Source: Chiloscyllium plagiosum (taxonomy: Eukaryota). Taken from it: a DNA stretch of 64,000 bases. Below the pieces are notes generated by a model. It ran no database searches, was not told where the DNA came from, and saw nothing but the letters and a program-made list of their open reading frames with translations. This document shows positions 38,707 to 51,744 of the stretch, one piece after another. How positions within the stretch are numbered: position 1 is the first letter of the stretch; the number at the start of each line of letters is the position of its first letter. Location of the stretch: assembly GCF_004010195.1 (NCBI RefSeq), contig NC_057719.1, forward strand, positions 56,903,187 to 56,967,186, written 5' to 3'. Position numbers and translations under genes: made by a program.

Positions 38707-41440
38707 GTTGTAGAATACACTGCAGGAACCGTGATGAAGGCTGGTTTAATTGTGGTATTCAAGAAGATAGGGTTATGGGGAAATGGCGCAATACTGGTAC
38801 CAAGTCAAAAATGCTCAGAGAGGCAATGCAGACATTATGGACCAAATAGGATTGTTACTGTGCAGAAGGGTATCAGTTTGCGAACTCCCAACCATATAGG
38901 CCCAATTTAATCAGCTTTTCATCATAGGATAACATTCTTATCCTTAGGGATAAATCAAGTGAATATTTGCTCTATTGTATCCAATCCTTAGATTTGGAGA
39001 CCAAATTCTACATAGTATTCTGGTTGTGGTCTCACCAAAGCATCACATAATAGTAGTATTATGACTTCATTTTTGTACTCCATTTCCCTTCCAATCCATC
39101 TTTTGCAGGGTTAAACTTTGCATGCAGTGCAAAAAGTGTTTCTTGTTCAGGTATAGCCAAGTCTCTATTTATAAGAGACCCTTTACACACCCGTTCAAAC
39201 CATTTGCTTTTCTATTCTTATTAATGAAGTGAATAACCTCACTCCTCTACATTTAGCTCTGTCTGCCACCTTGATGCTCATTATGTAAACCAACAGCAAT
39301 TTGTGTTCTGGAAACTCTGACAATATTTCACCAAGGTTGTCAACAGAACTAGCACTCGCATTGTGAGCAGTAGATGATGTTGAAGGCCGAGGAGATGGTG
39401 ATTTAGGCGCATTAGCCTCTTCAATAAATTTGTGCTTGCATGCTTGAATGTGGAAGATGAAACTGCATTACAGTTTCTACAGTAAAGCAGTTTTACTGCT
39501 CATCAACTTTCAGGACATTGAATCTCTTGCAACCTGCTGCTCCTCATCATCAGCTGATTTAGTATCCACAGTTTTCTATTCATCAACATTTCAGAACCCA
39601 TTCAGTACCCTAAGGTGAGATAAGGGACATGGCTCTGTAAATTACTATTTTTCATAAAATTCCTTCACACTTTCCACTAGCATACATCCAGAGGTACATG
39701 TAATGTCCGACCTCTTCATACAAAACACAATACAAATCTTCAAGCGTAGGAACATGCTTTTAACACTCTTGGATTTCACAACAAATTCTTTAAGCTCCTC
39801 ACTTTACACTTTAAAGGTTTCACTAAAGTGAATAAGTTTTCACTTTAGTCTTGCATGTGAGTATTCTTAGATCACAGAGGACTAATAGATGAAAGATTTT
39901 GAATATAATATACTCACAAATTCAACTAACCACTTTTCTACTGGTATCTTTATGAGAGGGGGAGACTTAACATACAGAGGAATATACACAAATTGGAACT
40001 TGGCGCACTAAGTTCAAATAAACATTTTTCAAAAAATTCTATAAATTGATAAATTTGCTTTGAAGTCTTTATTGGTTGGATGAGAATTCCAGGTGCTTAG
40101 GTATGAGATAACGAGAAGTTTACTGTAACAGACTTCAGCACTTTCCCATTGACTGAAGACTTGCAGTTCCCTGTCTTCTCTTTCCGTCCTTTCTTCAATA
40201 GCAGTTATACATTTGCTAACTTTAAATCTGATAGGTCTGTTTCAGAATCTACAAATCATCGCCAGTCATCTGCCATCTTTGCAAATGGAGGGAAAGGGGG
40301 GGACGGGTAGGGAGAGGGAATGGGGAAATGGGTGGGTGGGGATGTGTTGGTGGGGGTGACAGGTGGAGAGAGGGAGGGGAGAATGGTTAAGGCGGGAATA
40401 TCAAGCATTTTTACCCCTTTATTTTGAGATTGTGCACTGTGGTTCAACATTCACCAGCTAGAGGAGCATCCTATTCCATTACAAACTGTAAGCATCTTAA
40501 AATTTGATCTCATGTTTCAAAGCAGCCGAGGATACAGGCAGAATTTCATTAATCACTCCTCTCAAGGCAATCCTACTATCCCAGTGACTTGTCTGGTTTA
40601 CGCTGGTGAACTTCATCTCTGTCAAATTACATGGATAAAGAAACCAAAACTGAACACCAAGCGTAATCTCACCATTCTTTGCTCCTGTACCTAATTCCTC
40701 TTGCAATAAAAGTCAATATACAGAAATGAGATAATTGATTCATGCTGACATTTAAATGTACATGAATAGCTTTAGAATAAACAAAATGTAGCACCTCCTC
40801 TAAACACGATGGGAAATGTAACCAGTTCAAAAGACATGATGGTTGCCTCAGTCAATTCTTGAGGTAGCATAGCTAAGAATGGAAGTTGTTAAAACATGTC
40901 CCTCCAGAATATTTGGTGGCAGCAGTGCAGGGCATGATGGTAACCACATTTCATGGAAAAAGGCTTAAAAAAAAAAGTACTCTTAAACTGCCTTTTTGAT
41001 ACAGTAGCTTGCAAATATTGTGAATTGTGCCTGAATAAGAGACCAACTTAATATAGGCTTCAATTGAAAATAAATTTAGACCTTTCAACAAGAATAATGT
41101 GTGCAATTGTAATTTCTTTGGCTTTCATGAGAAAAATCTATGTGCGAACCCGAATAAAGGTTCTTGTCAGAACTTTTTCCAAACTCTGTCCTTTTTTACT
41201 CAATTAGTGGTTTTTTTCAAATGAACTTGTTTGCATTTATAATAATACAAGAATCTTCCAATGCTAATTCACAAGGTGTGAATCACAATTTACTGTTTGT
41301 TTTACTTAATTCTAATACAAGTTGATGTAATATGTCATAAAAACTGATCATACCCCAAACAGTGCGGGCAATGGGGCTTGAGTGTTATGACAAATAGATG
41401 TCAAATTTGGAATTTGTGGTGTGGATTTGGTGCAGACTGA

Positions 41441-41800
41441 GAATCATAGAATCCCTACAGGGCAGAAAAAGGCCATTCAGCCCATCAAGTCTACACAGAC
41501 CGTCCGAAGAGCATTCCACCTAGACCCACCTCTATCCCTTCACTGTATCACCATAATCCTGCATTTACCATGGCTAATCCACCAGCTTGCACATCCCTGG
41601 ACACTACAGGGCAATTTCGCATGGCCAATCCACCTAACCTGCACATCTTTAAACCGTGGGAGGAAACCGGTGCATTAAGTGGAATCCATGCAGATCCAGG
41701 AAGAATGCACAAACTCCACACAGTCACTCAGAGCTGGAATCGAACACTGGACCCTGGCGCTGTGAGGCAGCAGTGCTAACCACTAAGTCACCGTGCCACC
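41441..41800 (-). mobile_element. HE1-like tRNA-derived SINE
   Basis: GGTGGCACGGTGACTTAGTGGTTAGC head, GTTCGATTCC B box, CR1-type tail. Confidence 0.8.
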
Positions 41801-42800
41801 TCTTTATTTTCTTTTGTTTCACAGTTTATTCTTTATATACTTTTTTCAGTTTCCAAAATCTAGGGGTAGGCCCTCATCATATTCGAGCCTCATTACCTTC
41901 ACACTATAGATGAACAACAATAACTTTTCTGCTATTTTATTAGCTTGTATTAGAATGAAATTTATAAAAATACAAGTTGTAATTCCCATCTTGTGAAATA
42001 GCACCAAAAGCTTTTTGTTATTAAAAATGTAAATGAAGGTCATGTGAAAACATTTATTGAATAAAGGAGGGCAGAATTTGGAAAGCCTTTGACAAGAATC
42101 TATTCAGGGTTACAAAGATTTTCTCATTAAAGCCAAGGAAACTCTAACTGCACATATTATTTTTGTTGAAAAGTCAGCTTATTTACAGTTGAAGCCTGTG
42201 TTAAATGTCCAAATCTGTCTCTTATCTGGGAATAATTCACAATATTTACAAGCAATTTAATTCTAGATGACCATTACAGGAGTTACCATACCATTAACGC
42301 AACTTAAGAATTTTTTTCAACCTTTGCTTGAAAATGTGGTTCCTTTCTTATACCCCACATCCTTAAACAAATCAAAATATTCTGGAGGGAAAATGTTGCA
42401 GATTTTTTCAGAAATATATGGAATAACATTCAACTTGCAAATTCATGCAATAACTTGCGGGAATATGTAGGTTAGCCATCATACACTCCATTCAATTTTG
42501 CATTGTATTACTGATAGTTCTTCTTTGTATATAAAACTATCCCCAAAATCTAAATAAATAGGACATGGTCTCTAACTAATAGTTTCAAAACAAAACAAAG
42601 GAAGAGAAACTATTGTTGCCATGCTTTAAGCCCTGAGTGACCTATTCCCAGCAGAATGAATCTTTGCATATGTTAACACAACCAGCATAATTTACAAGTA
42701 AAATATGATTTTTCAACCCAAATTTTTCCAAACATTAAAACATTTCATTTACTAAGCACAGTATACTTTTAAAAAAATTTGATCCAGATACATGCTTTAC

Positions 42801-42930
42801 CCGAAACAGCGGTGTAGCAAGCCTCCCTGCTAACACTGAATTCTTTCTCCCTTGAGATAATGGTGGTACTTGCAGTGGTCGTTTCATAACAGATTCTGTA
42901 ATTCTCAACAGAACCAATAACAACTGCTCC
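42801..42930 (-). CDS. RALGAPA1: RALGAPA1 exon (W)[14 protein letters not shown]...[11 protein letters not shown], 130 nt, phase 2 to 0
   Basis: Acceptor ctttaaag|G and donor CGG|gtaaag. Completes the split Trp codon from the previous exon. Confidence 0.94.
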
Positions 42931-43292
42931 CTTTAAAGAAAAACAGAAAGTAATAGTCAGGCTATGACACCAAAGGCTTAAATTTTGAGATTTCACTTTC
43001 TGAAAAAAGGCTACTTTATCCAGTCATACACCTGATACACAAAATGTATCATGCTTATGGTATCAGATTTGTTGAATAACAGAATCAAAATTCATTTACT
43101 TTCAGTTGCATGACTACTAGAAGGAGGACTCTTTGAAGATAGTTGGGTGCTGGTGGATTAACACTGTGTTGGTTCCATTTTAACTGTTACACAAGATGCA
43201 TCATTCAGAACCTAATGCACATGATATAATGCATCATCACAATACACAATGGAGCCATCTATGCATACCGAATGGGGTATCAAACAGTACCA

Positions 43293-45400
43293 ACCAATGG
43301 GATAGGTGGTTCTCCGATAACACAAGTTTTGTCAACTCAATTTGTCTGTTAACGCAATTGGTGAATTAGGGAAAAAAAAAATTTAAAACACAAATCCCCG
43401 TTGGCTATGACACGATTGCATTCCCAGTTACCTGAAAGTCCACTATTGGCGTTTACTTCAGGTCAAGCAAAAGAGGTTTGATGGGGCAAATGTTTTCTGA
43501 TCTTATTGTTGATATTTTCAAGGATGTTTTTAGAAATTATTGTAGGAGAAAAGATTTCATTTTCAAGTTTCTCCTCCTTCTGGATAATGCATCAATTCAT
43601 CCATTGGTAAGCTTTCTGAAAACATAAAAGTGCTATTTCTACCTCCGAATACAACCTCTCTCACCCAACCCATGGAACAGGGTGCAATAGCAGCTTTTAA
43701 AGCTTATTACTTAAGGCACACATTCAAGAAGCTGATTGGCAGAAGCTTCTCCAGATTTTCTTCATGATTTTAAAGAGGTCGAACCATCAATGGAGCTTCC
43801 AGCAATCAAAGAACATTGTGTCACTTTTGCAAAGTAAGTTGGATTTGAAGAAATGGAGACTGATCTACACCAACTTATTGTTGCAGGGAAATTGAAGCTT
43901 GAGGTGAAGATGATGAAGTCCAGGATAAGCACCATGAGAATTTTCCACTTTTCTTTTGTCTTCTATCCTGAGGGAATTTGAGAAGCAGTTGCACCACTTA
44001 GAAGACAATGACTACAATGCAGAATGCAGCAGAATAGCAGTTCATGTCAAAGTCTTATCTGGCACCCTATGAATAGCTTCTTCAGCAGCAAAAACTAGAT
44101 GCCTTTTTTAAGCCAACCTCCAAGAAACAGTCTGAGGACAATGAACCACAGCCATCCACTTTGGGACTAAATATTTTCTTTCATCATAATCCTGCATTCT
44201 GAACTGCTCCTGAAAGCAATGATGATACTGATGGTGACCCTCAGCTCCTGCCTTAATACAGTACTGTAACTCAGCAAATTCAAAAAGTGTTAAAATTGAT
44301 TGTATTATTTCAATAAAATATATGGAGTTGTAGAGATGACAAGCATGGAAACAGACCCTTCGGTCCAACTCATCCATGCTGACCAGATATCCTCACTTAA
44401 TCTAGTCCCATTTGCCAGCACTTGGCCCTTATCCTCTAAACCGTTCTTATTCATATACCTATCCAGATGCCTTTTAAATGTTGTAATTAAATCTGCCTCC
44501 ATCAATTCCTCTGGCAGCTCATTCCATATATGCACCACCCTCTGTGTGAAAACGTTGCCCCTTAGGTCCCTTTTAAATTTTTCCCCTCTCACCCTAAACC
44601 AATGCCCCCTCACTCTGGACTTCCCCAACCCAGGGAAAAGAACTTGTCTATTTACCGTATCCACACCCCCGCATGATTTTATAAACCTCTCTAAGGTCAC
44701 CCCATAACCTCTGACACTCCAGGGAAAACATTCCCAGCCTTTTCAGCCTCTCCCTATAGCTCAAATCCACCAACTCGCCCAACATCCCTGTAAATCTTTT
44801 CTAAACCTTTTCAAGCTTCACAGCATCCTTCCGATAGATTCCAGTAGATTTGTCAAGCATGATTTTGTTTTCATAAATCCATGCTGAATCTACCCCATCC
44901 TTGTCAGTGTTTTTCAGGTGCTCTGTAATTAAATATTTAAACATGAATTCTAGAATTTTCCCAACTACGAATGTCAGGCTAACCAATCTATAATTCCTGT
45001 TTACTCTCTACCTTCCTTTAAATAGTGGGATTACATTACTTACCCTCCAATCCATAGGAATTACTCCAGAATCTGTAAAATGGATCATCAATGTATCCAG
45101 GCCCGGAATTTTATTGGCCTTTAATACCATCAATTTCCACACCACCATTTCCTAATAATGATTTCCTTCAGCTTCTCTCACGAGACACCATGTTCCCAAC
45201 ATTTTTTTATGTCCTCATTTGTCATTTTAACACTTACTTAGACTGTGCTATTGTCTGTGTTAGGCTAACTACTGTTTATGTTTTAATTTTTACTGATATA
45301 TTTAGTGGTTCCCCACAGGGCCCGTTATTTCTATTGCGCAATTTTCTATAGCAGAAGGTCGCACGAGATTGCAACTACTGCATTATAGCAGAACAGACTG
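43293..45400 (+). mobile_element. Tigger/pogo DNA transposon remnant containing nested CR1 fragments (44320-45200, minus strand)
   Basis: DDE motifs FLLLLDNASIHP and VLFLPPNTTSLTQPMEQGAIAAFKAYYLR at about 43560-43720 (frameshifted). Ends match the MITE at 15004-15222 (gcattatagcagaacagactg at 45380-45400). Confidence 0.8.
44320..45200 (-). mobile_element. CR1 fragments (3' end joined to an upstream RT piece)
   Basis: RDLRGNVFTQRVVHIWNELPEE and VSLTFVVGKILE. Confidence 0.85.
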
Positions 45401-45725
45401 GAGAACAATACATGCCAAGATGGAAATGCATTCAAGATAGTAATCAATTATCCTAGTTTAGTATGATCCATCAATTGGCTGCTAACTGGTATTATTTTAT
45501 GGACCTATCTTACTCTGCCTGAATTAGTATAATAGGGACAGAATAAGTTATATAGTATTTATTTTAACTTGACCTACTTGGAATTCCATAGTTTAATTTT
45601 TAAAATATCAGCAACTTCCTATCACACTTCCATTTACTATATTAATAAAACATCTTTATCCAAACATGGGTGGTTAAGTTCCGAATTTCACAGATGGTGG
45701 TCTGCAAAATCACTTGTGCTGTGAT

Positions 45726-45828
45726 ATGAAGGGCTTTTGCCCGAAATGTCGATTACTGCTCCTCGGATGCTGCCTGAACTGCTGTGCTTTTCCAGCACCA
45801 CTCTAATCTAGACTCTGGTTTCCAGCAT
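45726..45828 (+). mobile_element. Penelope-derived mini element with partial hammerhead core
   Basis: ATGAAGGGCTTTTGCCCGAAATGTC followed by the family arm gatgctgcctgaactgctgtgcttttccagcaccac. Confidence 0.7.
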
Positions 45829-47471
45829 ATCTTTATATGAGACCATTTAAGCTCAGCATAACTCACTGGTTTTACTTCCAAAATCAGGTAAATTGCACTT
45901 TTCACACAAAGGCAAAAAATTAATTAATTCAAGATTCTAATTAATTCAAAACTGCAAGTTTACTTTTTGATTGTACCAAGATGGTAACAACAGCTCCTGT
46001 GGCAAGTAGTAGCATCCCCACCTCTGGGCCAGCAGGTCTGGGTTCAAGAAGGAACTCGGATCAAGTGTTATCTGGACATTTGTCATAAAATATCTGAACA
46101 GGTTGTTGAAAAGTATTGCTTTGTAAACTTGTTCTTTATACTGCATTCCCTCTACTTGCAATTTTGCAATGGACACTACATGAGAAGGGAATTTGCACCA
46201 TGTTAAACGCAAATACTCTCATGAAACACTCTCTTTATATTGCCAAAATGTTGATCAGAGACTTGAAATAGCTCCAGTATACATGGCAGCTACTCTTACG
46301 GAACATCTGACAAGGTTATGTAATGAACGAAAAGAAGGGAGAAGGTTCCAATTTAGTCATAATTATAGTCTAATTATTATTGCTTTTATGCTTTGGGCTA
46401 CAGAGTGAGATCGACAAAAATAATTTGAATGGATGTACAGTCTGTTTAAACATGACATTCATACAACCTTTTTGAGCTCTGAACCTTACAGGATTTGGTC
46501 CTAAACAACCCTGAACATAGGAATTGTTGGAAAAAGAATCTCGAATCATTCTAGCTTGCGTTCTACTATCCTGTTGACACAATAATTGAGTTACTGACTG
46601 ATCAGAGAAAGTTAATCTCATCAATTCATCATCAGAAAGAGGCAGTGAGTAGTATTATCACCAGGCTATTAATCCAGCAGCTCAGCAAATGTTCTGGGGA
46701 ACCGGGATTCACATCCTGCAGTGGCAGATGGTGGAATTTGAATTCAATAAAAATTATCTGGAATTAAGAATCAATTGATGACCGTTCTCTTGACTGTTAG
46801 AAAAACAGATCTGACTCACAAACCTCTTACAGGGAAGAAAATCTGCCATTCTCAACTGATCTGGCTTACATGTGACTCCAGATCCACAGCAATGGGGCCC
46901 TCTGAAGTGGCCCAGCAAGCCACTCAGTTGTATCAATCACTACGAAGTCTCAACAAACAAATGAAACTGAATGGACCAGCCGGTGTTGACCTAGGCACCG
47001 AGAAAGACAACAAAAGAAACAGCCCTGTGGACCCTGAAAATTCTTCCTTACAAACATCTGAAGTCTTGTGCCAAAATTGGGAGAGCTGTCTCAAAGATTA
47101 GTCAAGCAACAGCGTGAAATAGGTATACTCAAAGTGTGAAATGTGCTCTGGGGGAGGATTTCAATGTCCACCACAAAGCATGACTTGGCAGCAGCACTAT
47201 TAATCTAGCTGGTTGGGTTTAAAAGGACATATCTGCTAGAGTGTGTCTGCAGTAGTTAATGAGAGAACCAAGAGGAAAAAAACATACATGACTTCATCCT
47301 TACCAATCTGCCACCTGCAGATGCATCCATACAGTATTGCTAAGAGGAACCACCTGACAGTCCCACCTTCACATTGAGGATAGCCTCCATCGTGGTGTGT
47401 GGTACTATCACTGTACTAAATGGTTCAGACTTTGAACAGATCCAACAACTGAAGGTTGAGCATCCATGAGA

Positions 47472-47810
47472 CGGGAAGGTGCTGAAAATGTGTTGCTGGA
47501 AAAGTGCAGCAGGTCAGGCAGCATCCAAGGAGCAGGAGAATCGACGTTTCGGGCATAAGCCCTTCTTCAGGAATGAGGAAAGTGTGTCTAGCAGGCTAAG
47601 ATAAAAGGTAGGGAGGAGGGACTTGGGGGAGGGGTGTTGGAAATGCGATAGGTGGAAGGAGGTCAAGGTGAGGGTGATAGGCCGGAGTGGGGGTGGGCAC
47701 GGAGAGGTCAGGAAGAAGATTGCAGGTTAGGAAGGCGGTGCTGAGTTCGAGGGATTTGACTGAGACAAGGTGGGGGGAGGGGAAATGAGGAAACTGGAGA
47801 AATCTGAGTT
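47472..47810 (-). mobile_element. 5'-truncated Penelope-like element (family B) with 11-bp TSD
   Basis: catccatgaga at 47461-47471 and 47811-47821. Begins with MNSDFSSF, which resembles a GIY-YIG ORF end, then a pyrimidine-rich UTR, a hammerhead core and the family arm. Confidence 0.75.
47538..47575 (-). ncRNA. Minimal type I hammerhead ribozyme motif (family B)
   Basis: CAUUC CUGAAGA A GGGC UUAU GCCC GAAAC GUC GAUUC. Core intact, 4-bp stem II, palindromic ACGU, weak stem I. Confidence 0.65.
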
Positions 47811-48511
47811 CATCCATGAGATATTATGGGCCATCAACATGCAACAGAATCTGCAACCTCATGACCCAGCATATGTCTCCCTCAACCACTGCCATCAAGC
47901 CAGGCGATCAACCCTGGTCCAATGGTGAGTGCAGGATGGCATGCCAGGAGCGGCATCAGGCATACCTAAAAATAGGCCTCAACCTGGTGAAACAACCAAA
48001 CAGGCTACTTTTATGTCAAACAGCATAACCAGCAAGTAATATTCAGAGCTAAGTAATCACAACCAACGGTTCAGATATAATCTCTGCAGTTCTGGCACAT
48101 TCAGTCATGATTGATGGTGGAAAATCAAATAACTCACTGGGGCGGGGGTTCCACAAATATCCCCATCCTCAATGATTGAAGAGCCCCACACATCAGTACA
48201 AAAGATAAGGCTGAAGCAATCACAGCAATCTTCAGCTAGAAAGGTCAAGTGGCCCATCTCAGCTTCCTCCAGTGGTCCTCAGCATTACACACACTACTCT
48301 TCAGCCAATTTGATTCATTTCATGGGATATTAAAAAACAGTTGGAGATGCTGGATACTGGAAAGTCTGTGGGCCCAGACAACATTCCAGCAATAGTACTG
48401 AAGATTTGCTGCTCCCCTTGCCAAACTCTTCCAATATAGTTGCAACACCAGCATCTAACCAACAATGTGGAAAATTGCTAAAAAGTGATTGAATGTGTCA
48501 TCAACAGTGCT

Positions 48512-48588
48512 TATACCCGAAACGTCGATTCTCCTGTTCCCTGGATGCTGCCTGACCTGCTGCACTTTTCCAGCAACACATTTTCAGC
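48512..48588 (+). mobile_element. Penelope-derived mini insertion with 14-bp TSD
   Basis: tcatcaacagtgct at 48498-48511 and 48589-48602. Begins inside hammerhead stem II (..CCCGAAACGTC). Confidence 0.8.
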
Positions 48589-50008
48589 TCATCAACAGTG
48601 CTATCAAGTAGAAACTACTCAATAATAACCTGCTCAACAACACCCAGTGTGGGTTCTGCCATGGCCACTCAGCTCCCGAACTCATTACAGCCTTGGCTCA
48701 AACACTGTCAAAAGAGCTGAATTCTAGAGGTTAGGTGTGAGTGACACTCTTTACATCAGGGTCACATTCAACTTAGTGCAGCATTTAGGAGACCTTACAA
48801 AACTGGAATTAGTGGGAATTGGGAAAGACGGCTGTGGTTGTTGGAGGTCAGTCATCTCAGTTCCAGGACATCTCTGCAGGAGTTCCTCAGGGTAGTGTCC
48901 TTGATCCAATCATCTTCGGCTGCTTCATAAATTACTTTCCCTCCATCATAAGGTAAGAAGTGGGGATGTTCTTGGATCTTTGCACAATGTTCAACACCAT
49001 TTGTGACTTCTGAGGTGCTGACGCAGTCCATGTTCAAATGCAATAAACTCTAGATAATATCAAGACTTGGGTGACAAGTAGCAAGTAATGATCGCACCAC
49101 ACAAGTGCCAGGCAATGACCACCACCAATAAAAGACAAACAACCATCGCTCCTTGACATTCACCAGTGTTACCAACACTGAACACCCTACTATCAACATT
49201 TTTGGGTGTATCATTGACCAGAAACCTCAAATGGACTTACCACATAAACAGTGACCTCAAGAGCAGGTCAGAGACTAGGAACACTGCAGCGTCAGTCAAC
49301 TCCTGACTCCCCAAAGCCTGTCCACCACCTACAAGGCATAAGTCAGGAGTTTGACAGAATACTCCCCACTGACCCAGGTTGGTGTAGCTCCAACAACACT
49401 CAAGAGGCTTCACACCATCCAGGACAAAACAACCTGCTTGACAGGCACTACATCCACAAGCATCCACTCCTTCTACCACCGACATTCAGCAGCAATACGT
49501 ACTGCCTACAAAATGCACCAAAGATGCTTAGATTGCACCTTCCAAATCCATGACCACTTCCACCTAGAAGGAAAAGAGCAGCAGATACATGGAACATCAC
49601 CTTTTGCAAATTCCCTTCCAAGCCACTCACTATTCTGACTTGGAAATATATTGCCGTTCCTTCACTGTCACTGGGTCAAAATCCTGGAATTCCCTCCCTA
49701 AAGGCATTGTGGGTCAACCTACAACATGTGGACTGCAACGGTTCAAGAAGGCAGCTCACCAGTACCATCTTCTCAAGGGCAATGAGATAGATGTCGGCCC
49801 AGCAAGCAATGCCCATATCCCACAAGTGAATTTAAACAAAGCCCAGGCTTGAAACAATGAGAATTATTGCTTTTCAAGGACACCTGATACATTGAGCACA
49901 TATCACTTCTTAAATTATTTAAATTGCATTCCAAAATATCATTTTCAAAAACACTTAAAGCAGTCAACCACATTTTTGCAGGGTCACAATACAAAATTCT
50001 CATTTTAC

Positions 50009-50157
50009 CAGGTTTTCTTATTCATTGCTGTGTGGACAACCATGTATCTATAGATGTTGAGAACACGTTTACACATATCAACATGCTCATCCAGGAGGAC
50101 TCCAATTTCGTTGGCAGGTTCTAGTAGTAATATATTTGCTGAGTTGGTTATAAAAAC
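50009..50157 (-). CDS. RALGAPA1: RALGAPA1 exon [18 protein letters not shown]...MNKKT(W), 149 nt, phase 0 to 2
   Basis: Not in the ORF track. Acceptor ttgcag|GTT and donor TG|gtaaaa. Encodes [31 protein letters not shown]. Confidence 0.95.
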
Positions 50158-50386
50158 CTGCAATATAACAACATCAAATTATCATGCAATGGACATGGAC
50201 TTCACAGAATGCACAATTAAGAGAAAAAGGTATTTCCAAGATTAAATCTAGCAGCCTTCATCTGCCAAATCATTAGGTGGCCAATTCATCAATGCCATTA
50301 CAAATCTTTAAGTAGTAGTTAACTTTGAGAAACAGTGCAATTTTGCAACTGACTCAACAACAAAGAAGAAAAACCTTTAAGTGTAC

Positions 50387-50521
50387 CTGCAATGATGCCT
50401 GAACACCTGCACATACATTCCTCTCCTCTTCCTCAATTTCAGGAGCATTGTTAATTGCATTCTGGTATGATGAATTCCTTGTCCAGCTAAGATTCCTTAC
50501 ATGACCTTTGGTCATTTTGTC
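50387..50521 (-). CDS. RALGAPA1: RALGAPA1 exon DKMTKGHVRNLSW...AGVQASLQ, 135 nt, phase 0 to 0
   Basis: Not in the ORF track. Acceptor ttttctag|GAC and donor CAG|gtacac. 45 open codons resemble HVRNSSW...AGTQAVLQ. Confidence 0.9.
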
Positions 50522-50710
50522 CTAGAAAATAAAACGATAATCAAGATAAATTTGATGTTAGAGTTCTGAAGAAGTGTCACTGGACCCAAAATATTAACTC
50601 TGCTTTTTCCTCAAAGATGCTGTCAGACCAGAGTTTCTCCAGATTTTTTTTAAATGTTATGTCCTTGCTAAATATAATAAGTTTTTAGTTTTGTATAAAA
50701 AGTCAATTTA

Positions 50711-51230
50711 ATTGAAGCTTTTCTTCTTGCAGTCATCAGGACATTTCAAAGAATACCAATTCAAGGGTAAAACAAACATTTATATTGCATGAGAGGACAG
50801 CATTGACTGGTTCACAAGTGGACTCTGATTGACTGAGGTATTGCCATGGTGAATATATCCTGTAATGTTGATTGATAGGCAACATCCAGGCTTTGTTCTA
50901 ACTTTTCCCCAGAGAGTTTGATTAGTCAATCAGGACATCTTCTGAAGAAATGAATGAGTAAATGGATGTCACCTGTATTATTGAATTGAAACAGGTGCAG
51001 TGTGTGGACGTGCTGTTTGCAAAAAACAGGGCCCCATATATTAAAATATCTGGCTACCATTCACACAAGTACACCACAATGCAAGCCTGACACAATCTTA
51101 AATCTTAATTCCTTGTACATTTAGGGTTATCCAATAAATAATGTACAATTGCAGAATCCCATCTAATGTTAGATATCATAATGAGAGTTTTGCAAGTGCA
51201 AGATGGCTCGTCTGGTCAGGACTGTGCTTG
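50711..51230 (-). mobile_element. Old Penelope-like element 3' end (family C)
   Basis: DSAIVHYLLDNPKCTRN (51158-51108) resembles a GIY-YIG C-terminal region. It is followed by CAAT-like boxes, TATAAA (about 50780) and GUC CUGAUGA cugcaagaa GAAAAGCUUC (50742-50714). Confidence 0.6.
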
Positions 51231-51744
51231 AAACAAATTACTCAAGCCTTATTTACAAGATTGCTAATAAAAGTTAATCTATGGTATTTGGAATTGTAAG
51301 AATCCCAATGTGTGTACTGATGATTAAAGTGAGGTTTGCATTACACAGTAATAGAGAAAACCTCTGGCCTATTTCTCAACGCAGACAAAGAAAGGGAGCT
51401 CATTTGACTGTTCCATTTCAAATATGAATGTAAGTGTAAGATAGAGCCCATTAAAACAAAGAAATACTTACATGCAGATTTAAATATCACAAATGTTAGC
51501 GAATATATAAGGAGTTGGAAGCTAAGTGATGTGGTGTTGCAGCACAGATGTTAATGGTTTCTTTGAAGATTATGTTTGTGAACAGAATGGGCTTCATCCT
51601 GTACTCTAATTTAAATTCAAATTCAAAGTGGAACAATTGAAAGATCCTCCTTTGTTTGATGCCTAAGTTATGAAATTGGCTCGCTTCCACTGTGAACTTA
51701 CTAGCCAGCATCCAGTCGAATTCCTACACTTATGAATACACAGG

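Larger units (their letters stand above)
46640..49830 (+). mobile_element. Decayed near-full-length LINE (APE endonuclease plus RT, CR1/L2 group) with a tRNA-like 5' head
   Basis: DFNVHH, DFILTN, DQPWSN, GPDNIPAIVLK, GVPQGSVL, KSWNSLP...FKKAAH, and tail cccatatcccacaagtgaattt. The head is shared with the SINE at 56300. Confidence 0.75.

Noticed and set aside
39290..40200. Possible decayed DNA transposon on the minus strand
   Set aside because: No terminal repeats or catalytic motifs could be read with confidence.
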